This document shows, in pieces, positions 1 to 9,760 of a DNA stretch of 64,000 nt. The DNA is from Bacilli bacterium (GTDB lineage: Bacteria; Bacillota_I; Bacilli_A; RF39; UBA660). The stretch covers positions 200,084-264,083 of the forward strand of contig JAFSDH010000004.1 in assembly GCA_017436345.1 (NCBI GenBank), in the 5' to 3' direction. Under the pieces are notes generated by a model. It saw nothing but the letters and a program-made list of their open reading frames with translations. It made no database searches and had not been told where the DNA came from. The position numbers and the translations under genes were made by a program. Each line of letters opens with the position of its first letter. The stretch's first letter is position 1.

Positions 1-342
1 TCTATTATTAAATATATTTATAATGTCAGTAATATCGTTATTATTAAGATTGGAACTTAATAAAAGTATTTTTAAATGTGATAGATATATTTTTTTATTA
101 GTCTTTAAATAAATCTTATTAAAAGCATCATCTAAATTATTAACTTCTAGATTAATAACTTTATATTTATCATTTTCTAAATAAGTATTAAAAGAAACAA
201 TATATTTATTATCATTTTTATCAATACCAATCCCATCAATAATCATTACATTACTAAACTCATCATAATTACTACAGCCAGTAATAAGTATTAAAAAAAT
301 ACCTAAAAACAGTATAAAAAAAACATATTTTTTATTTTTCAT
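1..342 (-). CDS. Spore germination Ger(x)C-family lipoprotein, N-terminal fragment (gene continues beyond window start)
   Basis: Not in the ORF track because there is no stop inside the window. Minus-strand ATG at 340-342. Translation MKNKKYVFFILFLGIFLILITGCSNYDEFSNVMIIDGIGIDKNDNKY... gives a signal peptide plus lipobox (LITGC). The start overlaps the stop of the upstream GerA-type gene by 11 nt, as in ger operons. Confidence 0.65.
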   Translation of the reverse strand, partial: MKNKKYVFFILFLGIFLILITGCSNYDEFSNVMIIDGIGIDKNDNKYIVSFNTYLENDKYKVINLEVNNLDDAFNKIYLKTNKKIYLSHLKILLLSSNLNNNDITDIINIFNNR

Positions 343-1756
343 TTTTTCTCCCTCTAACTAAATTTCTTTTTGAAAGCAAACTATTTCTATACTTTGGATT
401 AGTATCATATTTAATTAAAGAATCACTTAAATCAACAGAAGAAATGGGTGCAAGTGGATAAGTATATGGATAACCAAAAGAATCAAGCGATGCTAGTTTT
501 ATGATTAATAATACAAAGGATAAAAAGATGCCATATAATCCAAAAAAAGTTCCTAAAATTACACAAAAAAGCCTTAAATACCTAATTAGATAAATAATAG
601 ATATATTCGAAAAAATAAGTCCACTAATTGAGGATATTGCAACAACAATAATCATAATTGGCGATACAATTCCCGCACTAACTGCTGCTTCACCTAATAT
701 TAAACCTCCGAGTATTGAAATAGATGATCCCATCTTGCTTGGAATTCTTAAATCAGTTTCACGAAGTATTTCAAAAGCAATTAATAAAATAATACACTCA
801 ACAAAACTAGGAAAAGGAACACTAAGCCTTTGACTTATAAGATTATGAAGAAGAAGAGAAGGAACAACATCAATATTATGAGTAGTTAAACTAATATAAA
901 TACCTGGTAAAAAAATAGCGATAAAAAAAGCAAGTAATCTAAGAATTCTTACAAAACTGATATTAATATTTTTTTCATAATAATCATCAGGAGTATGAAA
1001 AAAATCAATAAAAAAAGTAGGTAATATTAAAACAAAAGGACTATTATCTACAACAATGATTACTTTGCCTTCTAAAAGAGCCTGACTAGCAATATCAGGT
1101 CTTTCAGTTATAAATACTGTTGGAAATATTTTTGACTTAGATAAATATTTTCTAATATAACTAGTATCAATAACGCCATCAATATCAATATCATCAATTT
1201 TATTTTTTATATTAAATAATAAATCTTTATTAACAATATTATTCATATAACAAATACCAATTTTTGTTTTTGAAGATAAACCAACTTCTAAATTATCAAC
1301 ATATAATTCACTTGTCCTAAGTCTTTTACGAATAAGCCCAACATTATCATTAAATCTCTCATTAAAACTATCTTTTGGACCTAATATAGATACTTCAACC
1401 TCACTATTAGGAATACCTCTATCTAAGTTATTTCTAGCTTCAATAGCCATTAAAAAATCATCACAGATGATAATACAAAAACTTTTATATAAATAATCAA
1501 TTACCTCATTAAAAGAATATAATTGTACTTTATTAATTCCCGATAATAAACTATTAATATTAGTAATACAAAAATCTATATTATTAGTATTTAATTTTAT
1601 AAAACTTTTAACTATATATTCACTAATGAAACTACTACTAGATAAAGTCTCACTATAAATAATATTTATTTTCTTTTTATTTACAAAAATTTCTTTATAA
1701 ATAATATCGCAACTATTACCAGTAGTTTTCTTTATTCTTTCAATCATTTTATCCAT
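332..1756 (-). CDS. Spore germination protein, GerA/GerKA A-subunit family
   Basis: 474 aa. A soluble N-terminal domain is followed by a C-terminal block of about 5 hydrophobic helices (LAFFIAIFLPGIYISL, ISILGGLILGEAAVSAGIVSPIMIIVVAISSISG), which is the GerA-family architecture. Coupled to a Ger(x)C-like lipoprotein gene. Confidence 0.85.
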   Translation of the reverse strand: MDKMIERIKKTTGNSCDIIYKEIFVNKKKINIIYSETLSSSSFISEYIVKSFIKLNTNNIDFCITNINSLLSGINKVQLYSFNEVIDYLYKSFCIIICDDFLMAIEARNNLDRGIPNSEVEVSILGPKDSFNERFNDNVGLIRKRLRTSELYVDNLEVGLSSKTKIGICYMNNIVNKDLLFNIKNKIDDIDIDGVIDTSYIRKYLSKSKIFPTVFITERPDIASQALLEGKVIIVVDNSPFVLILPTFFIDFFHTPDDYYEKNINISFVRILRLLAFFIAIFLPGIYISLTTHNIDVVPSLLLHNLISQRLSVPFPSFVECIILLIAFEILRETDLRIPSKMGSSISILGGLILGEAAVSAGIVSPIMIIVVAISSISGLIFSNISIIYLIRYLRLFCVILGTFFGLYGIFLSFVLLIIKLASLDSFGYPYTYPLAPISSVDLSDSLIKYDTNPKYRNSLLSKRNLVRGRKNEK

Positions 1757-1839
1757 ATTTTCACCTTAATATTTAGTATTGGAATTATTAAGAAAAATAT
1801 GTATAATAAAAAAGAAATAAATAAAAAAGAGGTATTATT

Positions 1840-3066
1840 ATGAATAGTATTTTAAATCAAAAAATAGAGAAATTAGATCATTTTGGAAGAGGAATTATCA
1901 AAGTAGATAAAGACATTATCTTTGTCGAAAATGCTCTTCCTAATGATATTGTTGATATCGAAATTATAAAACAAAAAAAGAATATAAAAGAAGCTAAAGT
2001 AACAAAATATTCATCAAGATCAAACTATTATCAAGATTCTATTTGTAAGTATTCAAATACTTGTGGGGGATGTAATATTATCAATCTTATTTATAGTGAA
2101 CAATTAAACTATAAAAAACAAAAAGTCCAAGAACTTATTGATAAAATGCTAAAAATAGATATAAAAGTAAAAGAAATAATTAATAGTAATACTTTTTATA
2201 ATTATCGAAATAAAATAACTATTCATGGTAATGATAATAAACTAGGTTTATATAAGAAAAAAACTAATGAAATAGTAGAGATAGAAGAATGTAAATTAGT
2301 AAATCCAAAAATAAATGAGATTTTAAAAAGAATAAAAAACTATCAAAGAAATAATAACTGTCAAATAAATGATTTAGTTATTAAAACAACATCATTAAAT
2401 GAAACAATGATAAGTATCTATGGCAGTATGGACTATGAACATTTTAAAAAAGAATTTAATGATATCAAAGTAATTATTATAAATAACCAAATAGTTACCA
2501 AAGATAAATATATAAAAGAAAGATTACTTGATAAAGAGTTCTATATATCAAACCATTCATTCTTTCAAGTAAATATGTATAATACATCTCTTTTATATCA
2601 AAAAGTAATTGATCTAATAAAAGAAAAAAAATATAAAACCTGTTTAGATCTATATTGTGGTACTGGAACAATAACAATACTTGTGTCTGACTATATTGAA
2701 AAAGTATATGGTATTGAAGTAGTAGAAGATGCTATAAAAGATGCTAATAGAAATAAAGAATTAAATGAAAAAGATAATGTAGAATTTATCTTAGGAAAAA
2801 CAGAAGAGCATCTAGATAAATTTAAGGATATAGACTTAATTATTGTTGATCCACCAAGAGAAGGATTAGACAAAAAAACTAAAGATAATTTAAAAAGAAT
2901 TAATCCACAAAATATTATTTATGTATCTTGTGAAGCATCAACATTAATGCGTGATTTAAATGAATTAAAAGATAAATATGAAATTAAAGAGATTTCAACG
3001 TGTGATATGTTTCCCAATACTTATCATGTAGAAACTATTGCTTATCTAGAAAAAAGAAAAGATTAA
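1840..3066 (+). CDS. rlmCD: 23S rRNA (uracil-C5)-methyltransferase, RumA/RlmCD family
   Basis: 408 aa. N-terminal TRAM-like domain. Fe-S cysteines C-x6-C-x2-C (SICKYSNTCGGCN) plus a distal Cys (ECKLVNP). SAM-MTase motifs LDLYCGTGT, DPPREGL, YVSCEASTLMRDL. Confidence 0.8.
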   Translation: MNSILNQKIEKLDHFGRGIIKVDKDIIFVENALPNDIVDIEIIKQKKNIKEAKVTKYSSRSNYYQDSICKYSNTCGGCNIINLIYSEQLNYKKQKVQELIDKMLKIDIKVKEIINSNTFYNYRNKITIHGNDNKLGLYKKKTNEIVEIEECKLVNPKINEILKRIKNYQRNNNCQINDLVIKTTSLNETMISIYGSMDYEHFKKEFNDIKVIIINNQIVTKDKYIKERLLDKEFYISNHSFFQVNMYNTSLLYQKVIDLIKEKKYKTCLDLYCGTGTITILVSDYIEKVYGIEVVEDAIKDANRNKELNEKDNVEFILGKTEEHLDKFKDIDLIIVDPPREGLDKKTKDNLKRINPQNIIYVSCEASTLMRDLNELKDKYEIKEISTCDMFPNTYHVETIAYLEKRKD

Positions 3067-3092
3067 ACCTAAAATGTTTAATCTTTTTTATT
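3061..3092 (+). terminator. Intrinsic terminator
   Basis: GATTAAAC, 7-nt loop, GTTTAATC, then TTTTTTATT. Confidence 0.7.
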
Positions 3093-3143
3093 GAATAATA
3101 ATCTAAAAAATAGTACAATATTTATAGAATAGGAGGAATATAT

Positions 3144-4997
3144 ATGAAAAGAAAATATATAATTTTTATATTATTTTTTATATTATTACTGCCTATAAAT
3201 GTTTTAGCAACTAATGTCGAACTAGAACAAAATGGAACTAAAACAACTTATGAAACATTAAATGAAGCATTAAATAATGCACTAGATAATACAGAAGTAA
3301 AAATAACATTATTAAACGACTTATCAATAAATAGTACTATAAATATAAATGCTAATAAAAACATTATTATTGATGGAAATAATTATAATTTAACTTATTT
3401 AAATAATAATGGAATTTGGTATACTGGACAATTATTTAATATAAAAGCAAATGGAACTCTTACACTAAATAATTTAACTATTGATGGCAATAATAATTAT
3501 CTATTTGATAATGAAACATATCAAAGTGATTTGAAAAATAATTATAAAGCAGAAAATGTTTCTAAATATCTTACATCCGAATTAAATAAACCCAATATAA
3601 CAGCTAATATGATTAATAATGCAGGAAATTTAACTTTAGATAATGTAACTATTAAAAACTTTTTTAGTACGAGTGGAAAAAATTTAATAAATGGAAGCGC
3701 TAATACTATAACAAAAATTATAAATACTAAAATAGAACATTGTGCTACTACAAGTGGTGGTTTAGTTATATATGTTTCGGGTGCTAATGCTAAAGTATAT
3801 GTTGAAGATGGTACCATAATAAATGATAACTATGTAGCAAGTAATGGTGGAATATTCAAAATATATAGTGGTGCTGTACTTGAGATGAATGGTGGAGAAG
3901 TAAAAAATACAAAAGCTGCTAATACAAATGGTGTAGTATCTATGACATATGGTACAGGGTCATCATTTATCTTAAATGACGGAATAATTTCAAATAACTC
4001 AGGAGTTGCGGGAGCAAATAACGGAAGAAATGCTCCATTTTACGTTCACAGTGGAAGCAAATTTATAATGAATGGTGGAATTATCGAATATAATTATGGT
4101 TCGTCTAATGGCGGTTTAGATGCTCCAGGATATTCAAATGCTGATGTTGAATTAAATGGTGGAACTATTCAATATAATGAAACAACAAAACCAGGATATG
4201 AACAAAGAAGTGATGTAAATATTCAATATGATTATGATTTAACTTTAGGTAAAGATATGAATATAAATGGAAATATTTATGTTGTAGGTGACTTAACTAA
4301 TAATGGTAATATTAATGGTAATGTTATTCTTGATTTAAGTACTTCAACAACATCAAATACTATAACAGGTGAAGGAAAAATTACTGGAGATGTTATTATT
4401 AAATATTCAGGAGAAACAGAACCTGTTATTAATGAAAATATCAATATCACAGGGCGTCAAGTATCATATGAAACAACAACAGAAGCTGTAGCTAGATTTG
4501 AGTTTAATGGTGGAAAAGACAAAGAAGGATATAGCTACGATTTAATTGCTGTTACTAAAGAAGATGGAACTTTAGATAGAATTCCAACCCCAACTAAAGA
4601 AGGTCATACTTTTATTAATTGGTATACTGATAAAGACTTAACAATGATATGGAATAATTCTAAAGTAACAACAGATATTACTTTATATGCTTCATGGCAA
4701 ATAAATGAATATATTATAACTTGGGATGTTGATGGTAAGAAAACAACTGCAGTCTATAAGTATGGTGATATCATTAAATTACCAGAAGAACCTATAAAAG
4801 AAGGATATACTTTTACTGGTTGGAAAAACTACGAAGAAAACATGACAACACCTGCAAGTAATATGACCTTTATTGCAACATTTGAAAAAATTAAAAATCC
4901 AAACACAGGTATAACAACACCACATTTAGTATTAACAGTATTATTACTATTAAGTATTGGTTTTATTAAGTTAACAGATAAGAAAAAATATATATAA
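3144..4997 (+). CDS. Secreted beta-helix-type surface protein with two Listeria-Bacteroides (Flg_new-like) repeats and a C-terminal NPNTG sorting-like signal
   Basis: 617 aa. Signal peptide MKRKYIIFILFFILLLPINVLA. Repeated NGG-x-I/GG-rich beta-helix-like units. EGHTFINWYTDKDLT and EGYTFTGWKNY modules. C-terminus KNPNTG + hydrophobic helix + KKKYI. Confidence 0.7.
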   Translation: MKRKYIIFILFFILLLPINVLATNVELEQNGTKTTYETLNEALNNALDNTEVKITLLNDLSINSTININANKNIIIDGNNYNLTYLNNNGIWYTGQLFNIKANGTLTLNNLTIDGNNNYLFDNETYQSDLKNNYKAENVSKYLTSELNKPNITANMINNAGNLTLDNVTIKNFFSTSGKNLINGSANTITKIINTKIEHCATTSGGLVIYVSGANAKVYVEDGTIINDNYVASNGGIFKIYSGAVLEMNGGEVKNTKAANTNGVVSMTYGTGSSFILNDGIISNNSGVAGANNGRNAPFYVHSGSKFIMNGGIIEYNYGSSNGGLDAPGYSNADVELNGGTIQYNETTKPGYEQRSDVNIQYDYDLTLGKDMNINGNIYVVGDLTNNGNINGNVILDLSTSTTSNTITGEGKITGDVIIKYSGETEPVINENINITGRQVSYETTTEAVARFEFNGGKDKEGYSYDLIAVTKEDGTLDRIPTPTKEGHTFINWYTDKDLTMIWNNSKVTTDITLYASWQINEYIITWDVDGKKTTAVYKYGDIIKLPEEPIKEGYTFTGWKNYEENMTTPASNMTFIATFEKIKNPNTGITTPHLVLTVLLLLSIGFIKLTDKKKYI

Positions 4998-5028
4998 AAT
5001 AGTTAAATTTAATTAACTATTTTTTTTA
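4998..5028 (+). terminator. Intrinsic terminator
   Basis: AATAGTTAA, loop, TTAACTATT, then a T-run. Confidence 0.7.
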
Positions 5029-5037
5029 TTAAACTAA

Positions 5038-5046
5038 TGTTATAAT
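5038..5046 (+). promoter_or_regulatory. Extended -10 element (TGTTATAAT)
   Basis: TGnTATAAT lies 20 nt upstream of the SD of 5067..6140, right after the upstream terminator. Confidence 0.4.
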
Positions 5047-5066
5047 TAAAGTATAAAGGTGATAAT

Positions 5067-6140
5067 ATGAAAAATAAATTTATAATTATATTAACATTAC
5101 TATTTATTATAGTTCCCATTAGAACTGATGCTGCATCAATTAAAAGTACATCAGCTGTAGGATTAAGTTCTGTTGAAGTAGGAGAAGAAATAAAAGTAAA
5201 ATTTTATATCAACTTTGATGGAGTAGATAAAAATGATAAAGAGAGTTTAGGAATATATGAATTAGCATATGAAATTATGTATGATCCGAGTGTATTAGAA
5301 TTAAAGACAATTTATTCCAGTGGTTTTAATTCTTTTGTATTTGAAGAAAATGGAGCGTATTTTGCATACAGTATCTTACAAAAAAATATACCAAGTACAG
5401 TAAGATGTAGTGATGGAGTTTTATTTTGTTCTAGTTACATGATGGAAGCAACATTTAAAGCTTTAAATAACTCTAAAGAAACAACCGAAGTAAGTATTGG
5501 TGATGTTGAAGTAGGAGTTCATCCAATGACTACTGATGGTAATGTTTATGAAGATGATATAACTTATATTTCAACTTCATCTCTTGCTACTAAAAAAATC
5601 AAAATTACAAAACCAACAACTAATAATAATACAAATAATAATAGTAATAATAACACCAATAACTCAACAAATAATAAAGTAGAAAAAGAAGAAGAAAAAT
5701 CAAGTAATAAGTATTTAAAAGAATTAAAAGTAAAAAACTATGAAATTGATTTTAATAAAAATGAAAATAATTATACAATAACAATTCCTAAAGATATTAA
5801 TAGCTTAGAAATAGAAGCAACTCCAGAAGATGCAAAATCAACAGTTACAATAAATGGTAACGATGACTTAAAAAAGTATAATGATAAAATATTTATTGTA
5901 GTAACTTCCGAAGATGGATCAACTAATACTTATACAATTAGTGTTACTTATACAGAAGAGAACGAAGAGGTAGTAGAAGAAGTTGAAGAACTTGAAGAAA
6001 AAGACTCATTTAAGCTAACAAAAGATCAAATATTACTAATTGGAATTGCTTTAGGAATAATATTGATCATATTTATAATAATTATCATTGTAGTAAAAAT
6101 AAATGATAGAAAAATCGATAAAGCATTAGATGAACTATAA
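5067..6140 (+). CDS. Membrane-anchored surface protein with cadherin-like beta-sandwich module
   Basis: 357 aa. Signal peptide, N-terminal beta-sandwich (cohesin-like, weak call) and an Asn-rich linker TNNNTNNNSNNNTNNSTNN. The module YLKELKVKNYEIDF...STNTYTISVTY resembles the cadherin-like beta-sandwich domain. Acidic stretch, then a C-terminal TM helix. Confidence 0.6.
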   Translation: MKNKFIIILTLLFIIVPIRTDAASIKSTSAVGLSSVEVGEEIKVKFYINFDGVDKNDKESLGIYELAYEIMYDPSVLELKTIYSSGFNSFVFEENGAYFAYSILQKNIPSTVRCSDGVLFCSSYMMEATFKALNNSKETTEVSIGDVEVGVHPMTTDGNVYEDDITYISTSSLATKKIKITKPTTNNNTNNNSNNNTNNSTNNKVEKEEEKSSNKYLKELKVKNYEIDFNKNENNYTITIPKDINSLEIEATPEDAKSTVTINGNDDLKKYNDKIFIVVTSEDGSTNTYTISVTYTEENEEVVEEVEELEEKDSFKLTKDQILLIGIALGIILIIFIIIIIVVKINDRKIDKALDEL

Positions 6141-6166
6141 AAGTAGATATAAATCTACTTTTTTTG
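6141..6166 (+). terminator. Intrinsic terminator
   Basis: AAGTAGAT-ataa-ATCTACTT, then TTTTT. Confidence 0.7.
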
Positions 6167-6188
6167 ATATAATAATCTTGGTGATAAT

Positions 6189-6986
6189 ATGAAAAAGATA
6201 TTATTTTTACTTTCGATAATAGTATTTCTATATAGTCAAAATTTTTTATTAACAGTATCAAATTATAAAATAATTAATAGTAAAATCCCAGAAAGTTTTA
6301 ATAACTACAAGATTGTACAAATATCTGATTATCATAATGAAACTAATAAGTTATTAAATAATAAATTAATTAAAAAAATAAAAGATATAAAACCTAATAT
6401 TATAGTAATAACAGGTGATTTAATTGATTCTACTAATACTAATATTGATCAAGTTATAAAATTAGTTGATGGTATTAAAAATATCTCAGATATATATTAT
6501 GTAACAGGTAATCATGAAACATGGACTAACGAATATGAACAACTAAAAATAGAATTAGAAAAAAGAAAAGTTCATATTTTAAATAATGAAGCAGTAAAAT
6601 TAAAAAGCGATATTTCTGAAATAAATTTAATTGGTATAAACGATACCAAAACAAACGAAGAATTTCAGATAAACATTGAACAAGTAAATTATAATAAAAA
6701 TAATTATACAATCCTATTATCACATCGTCCTGAACTTTATAATGAATACGTAAAAAAAGACATTGATTTAGTTTTAACTGGACATGCGCATGGCGGACAA
6801 ATAAGAATATTTAATCAAGGATTAATTGCGCCTGACCAAGGGTTATTACCTAAGTATACTAGTGGATTAATAGAAGAAAACAATACAACAATGATAACTA
6901 GTAGAGGAATTGGTAATAGTGTTATTCCAATAAGAATAAATAATCATCCTGAATTAGTTGTAATAACTTTAAAAAATAAGAACTAA
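6189..6986 (+). CDS. Metallophosphoesterase (calcineurin-like, YkuE/YaeI-type) with N-terminal membrane anchor
   Basis: 265 aa. Motifs QISDYH, GDLID, GNHE, GHAHGGQ. Confidence 0.85.
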   Translation: MKKILFLLSIIVFLYSQNFLLTVSNYKIINSKIPESFNNYKIVQISDYHNETNKLLNNKLIKKIKDIKPNIIVITGDLIDSTNTNIDQVIKLVDGIKNISDIYYVTGNHETWTNEYEQLKIELEKRKVHILNNEAVKLKSDISEINLIGINDTKTNEEFQINIEQVNYNKNNYTILLSHRPELYNEYVKKDIDLVLTGHAHGGQIRIFNQGLIAPDQGLLPKYTSGLIEENNTTMITSRGIGNSVIPIRINNHPELVVITLKNKN

Positions 6987-7046
6987 ACCAACAGTCGATT
7001 GTTTTTTCCAAATATAAAAAATAAAATTATCATGAGGTGTAATAAT

Positions 7047-8123
7047 ATGGAAAATAATAAAATAGGTATGTTTATTCAACAACTTCGAAAAGAAAAAAGT
7101 TTAACGCAACAAGAACTAGGTGATAAATTATTTGTTACTGATAAAGCAGTATCAAAGTGGGAAAGAGGAATAAGTCTACCTGATATAGCTATTTTAGAAA
7201 ATTTAGCAAAAGAATTAGATGTTGATGTATCAGAAATACTAAGCGGTAAAAAAGGTAAAAAGAAAATTGATATTGATCAAGTTCTTGAAGAAGAAAGAAA
7301 CAAAATAAAAAATAATAATAGAAAAAAGATAATTATAATATCTATACCAATTATATTAATTATAATTTTATTAGTTTTCTTACTATTTAAACATATTTAT
7401 TTAGGATACAATCTAAAAACGATTAACTATAATCATACTTATTATCCTAAAGATATAGAAATAGGTATACCTAAATTATCATTTATGATGAAAAATAATG
7501 ATAGGAGTTATTCCTATAAAAATTTAAGAAGTGCAACTGTTTTAGAAACTGAAATAAAAAGATATTTGAAAACACTTGAATATGTTAATTGTAATGATAC
7601 AATTTACTATTATGATATAAAAAACGATTTTACAATTATTAATTACGGGGTAAAAGATAATCTTTTTTACAGTACTATTTCTTATGAAATTATTGATGGT
7701 GATTATTGTTTTATTAAAAAAAGTAAAGAATATACTGAAAAATTAAATTATTTAAGAGGTATTCATAATATGAATGGATACATTAAAGCAGAAGAAGAAT
7801 GGAATAGTAAATTAACTGTTACTTTTCAAGATGATATTGATATGGAAAAAAGACCATATAAATTTGTAGGTGAATTATTAGTTACTTATCATACTAATAA
7901 AAAGAAAAATAGAATGGACTATCAAAGTATAACTTTAGAAGCATCTCATGGTGAATTTGAAATAAAAGGAAATAAGTTGTACTATTATCGAAAAAAAATA
8001 ACAAAGCAAGATGAAAGTATAACAATACCAGAAGTATCAACATTTAATATTGAAGATGGTAAATTAATACTAGTTGATAATTATTTAAAAGATTATCATG
8101 ATAATGATATAGTTTTAAAGTAA
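7047..8123 (+). CDS. XRE-family HTH transcriptional regulator with TM helix and extracytoplasmic C-terminal domain
   Basis: The track ORF starts at 6999. ATG 7047 follows SD GAGGTG (7034-7039). HTH_3 motif LTQQELGDKLFVTDKAVSKWERG. TM helix IIIISIPIILIIILLVFLLF. Confidence 0.8.
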   Translation: MENNKIGMFIQQLRKEKSLTQQELGDKLFVTDKAVSKWERGISLPDIAILENLAKELDVDVSEILSGKKGKKKIDIDQVLEEERNKIKNNNRKKIIIISIPIILIIILLVFLLFKHIYLGYNLKTINYNHTYYPKDIEIGIPKLSFMMKNNDRSYSYKNLRSATVLETEIKRYLKTLEYVNCNDTIYYYDIKNDFTIINYGVKDNLFYSTISYEIIDGDYCFIKKSKEYTEKLNYLRGIHNMNGYIKAEEEWNSKLTVTFQDDIDMEKRPYKFVGELLVTYHTNKKKNRMDYQSITLEASHGEFEIKGNKLYYYRKKITKQDESITIPEVSTFNIEDGKLILVDNYLKDYHDNDIVLK

Positions 8124-8134
8124 TAGGTGATAAT

Positions 8135-8698
8135 ATGAAAAAGATATTTATGTTATTAATTGGAGTTATATTGGTATGTGGTTGTCAAAATAGAGAAAAT
8201 AATTATGATAGTTTTAAACATTATGAATTGAATCAAAGTCAAAAGGATTACTACAATTATATTGATAAAAATGGTAAAACAGAAGTATATGTAATTGCCG
8301 ATATTACTCCTAAAAATTATGAATATAAATTAGATGGTTTATTTTATGAAATATCTAGTAATGACTATATATTATTAGATGAGATTGAAAATAATAATTC
8401 CAAAGTATTTCAACACGAAAATAAATTATATGTAACAGCTTGTAATTCAATGTGTCATTATGAATATACTTTAGATAAAGAAAAAACATCAAAAAAAGAA
8501 CTTAATTTTAATGTATCAGAAGTAGGAAAACAATTAACTTTATATGAGGCTATAGATCTAAAAGATAATAATATTTATTATCGCGCTAAAATGTATGATT
8601 CTTCCATTGATGAAACATATTGGGGAAAAGAGTATGTTTTAAAGTGTGATTTAAAAACATATAAATGTGAAGAAGAAAAAATACAAAATAAAAAGTAA
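8135..8698 (+). CDS. Hypothetical lipoprotein
   Basis: 187 aa. Signal peptide with lipobox-like LVCGC. No recognised domain. Confidence 0.55.
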   Translation: MKKIFMLLIGVILVCGCQNRENNYDSFKHYELNQSQKDYYNYIDKNGKTEVYVIADITPKNYEYKLDGLFYEISSNDYILLDEIENNNSKVFQHENKLYVTACNSMCHYEYTLDKEKTSKKELNFNVSEVGKQLTLYEAIDLKDNNIYYRAKMYDSSIDETYWGKEYVLKCDLKTYKCEEEKIQNKK

Positions 8699-8752
8699 AT
8701 CTTTAATGATTTGCTTTTTTTATGATATGATAATATTGAAAGGATGATAAAT

Positions 8753-8950
8753 ATGAAAGTAAAATTAAATCCAGATGAAAAAGTTGTAAATACTATAAAA
8801 GAAGGACTAAAACAAACTGGTGGTTATTGTCCATGTCGAATGGAACGAACTGAAGATACAAAATGTATGTGTAAAGAGTTTCGCGATCAAATAAAAGATC
8901 CTAATTTTGAAGGATATTGCCACTGTATGTTATATATAAAGGAGAAATAA
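8753..8950 (+). CDS. Ferredoxin:thioredoxin reductase catalytic-subunit-like small Cys-rich protein
   Basis: Cys pattern CPC-x10-CMC-x17-CHCMLY resembles the FTR catalytic chain (CPC...CPC...CHC). ATG 8753 is better spaced from SD GAAAGGA than ATG 8744. There is 1 nt to the thioredoxin gene. Confidence 0.6.
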   Translation: MKVKLNPDEKVVNTIKEGLKQTGGYCPCRMERTEDTKCMCKEFRDQIKDPNFEGYCHCMLYIKEK

Positions 8951-8951
8951 T

Positions 8952-9248
8952 ATGGAAATTAAATTAAATAAAGATAATTATGAAAAAGAAATAAAAGATA
9001 AAGGAATTGTTATTGTTGACTTTTATGCAACTTGGTGTGGACCATGTATGATGCTAGCACCAATTCTTGAAGAATTAAGTTCTAAATATAAAGTATGTAA
9101 AATAAATGTTGATGAGGAGCAAGAATTAGCTAGAGAAAACGCTATTATGAGTATTCCTACAGTTTATATCTATAAAGATGGTAAACTATTAAATAAATTT
9201 ATTGGTTATAAGACAAAAGAAGATATAGAAAGTATTATTAATAATTAA
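8952..9248 (+). CDS. trxA: Thioredoxin
   Basis: 98 aa. Active site WCGPC. Thioredoxin fold length. Confidence 0.95.
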   Translation: MEIKLNKDNYEKEIKDKGIVIVDFYATWCGPCMMLAPILEELSSKYKVCKINVDEEQELARENAIMSIPTVYIYKDGKLLNKFIGYKTKEDIESIINN

Positions 9249-9249
9249 A

Positions 9250-9756
9250 ATGACAATTGTACTTGGTAACATTATTGCTTTAATAGGATCCTTCTTAATG
9301 ATTTATGTTGGTCTATTAAAGAAAAAGAAGAAAATAATATTTGTTCAAACTATTCAAATAGGATTGTTGGTTATAAGTAATATTATATTAGGTGGTATAA
9401 CAGGTGCTATAACTAATAGTGTTAGTTGTTTAAGAAATATTTTATGTTATAAAAATAAATATGATAAAAAAGTAAAAATTGGTTTAATAATTCTTTCCGT
9501 AGCATTATCTTTATCCTTTAATAATTTAGGTTTTATTGGATTATTACCAGTAATAAGTAATGTCTTATATACTTGGTTAATGGATACTAAAAGTGTTATT
9601 AGATTTAAATACTTAGTAGCTTTAACTTTATTGTTATGGTTTATCTATGATTTATATATAATGTCTTATACATCTGCGATATTTGATCTAATAAGTTCTA
9701 TTTCTAATTTAATTGGAATTTATGAAATAAAGAAAAGTCATAAGAGAAAGAAGTGA
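9250..9756 (+). CDS. Small polytopic membrane protein (YgjV-like, tentative)
   Basis: 168 aa, about 5-6 hydrophobic helices. Resembles the YgjV inner-membrane family in size and layout only. Ends TGA followed immediately by TAA. Confidence 0.4.
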   Translation: MTIVLGNIIALIGSFLMIYVGLLKKKKKIIFVQTIQIGLLVISNIILGGITGAITNSVSCLRNILCYKNKYDKKVKIGLIILSVALSLSFNNLGFIGLLPVISNVLYTWLMDTKSVIRFKYLVALTLLLWFIYDLYIMSYTSAIFDLISSISNLIGIYEIKKSHKRKK

Positions 9757-9760
9757 TAAG

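Noticed and set aside
5610-5690. AAT/AAC-rich tandem-looking DNA. Similar Lys-codon runs occur at 33700-33850 and 34660-34710. I considered an array-like or CRISPR-like repeat.
   Set aside because: It is in-frame low-complexity coding sequence (Asn or Lys/Glu linkers). There is no repeat-spacer periodicity and no cas genes.
6180-6203. A ~23-nt identical string, GGTGATAATATGAAAAAGATATT, shared by 6181-6203 and 8126-8148. Related AGGTGATAATATG strings occur at 5057, 35907, 40615, 21960, 16152 and 62985. I considered a dispersed repeat or mobile-element end.
   Set aside because: The string is SD + spacer + ATG + the MKK(I/L) signal-peptide start. It always sits exactly at a gene start, so it is a translation-initiation consensus and not a repeat element.
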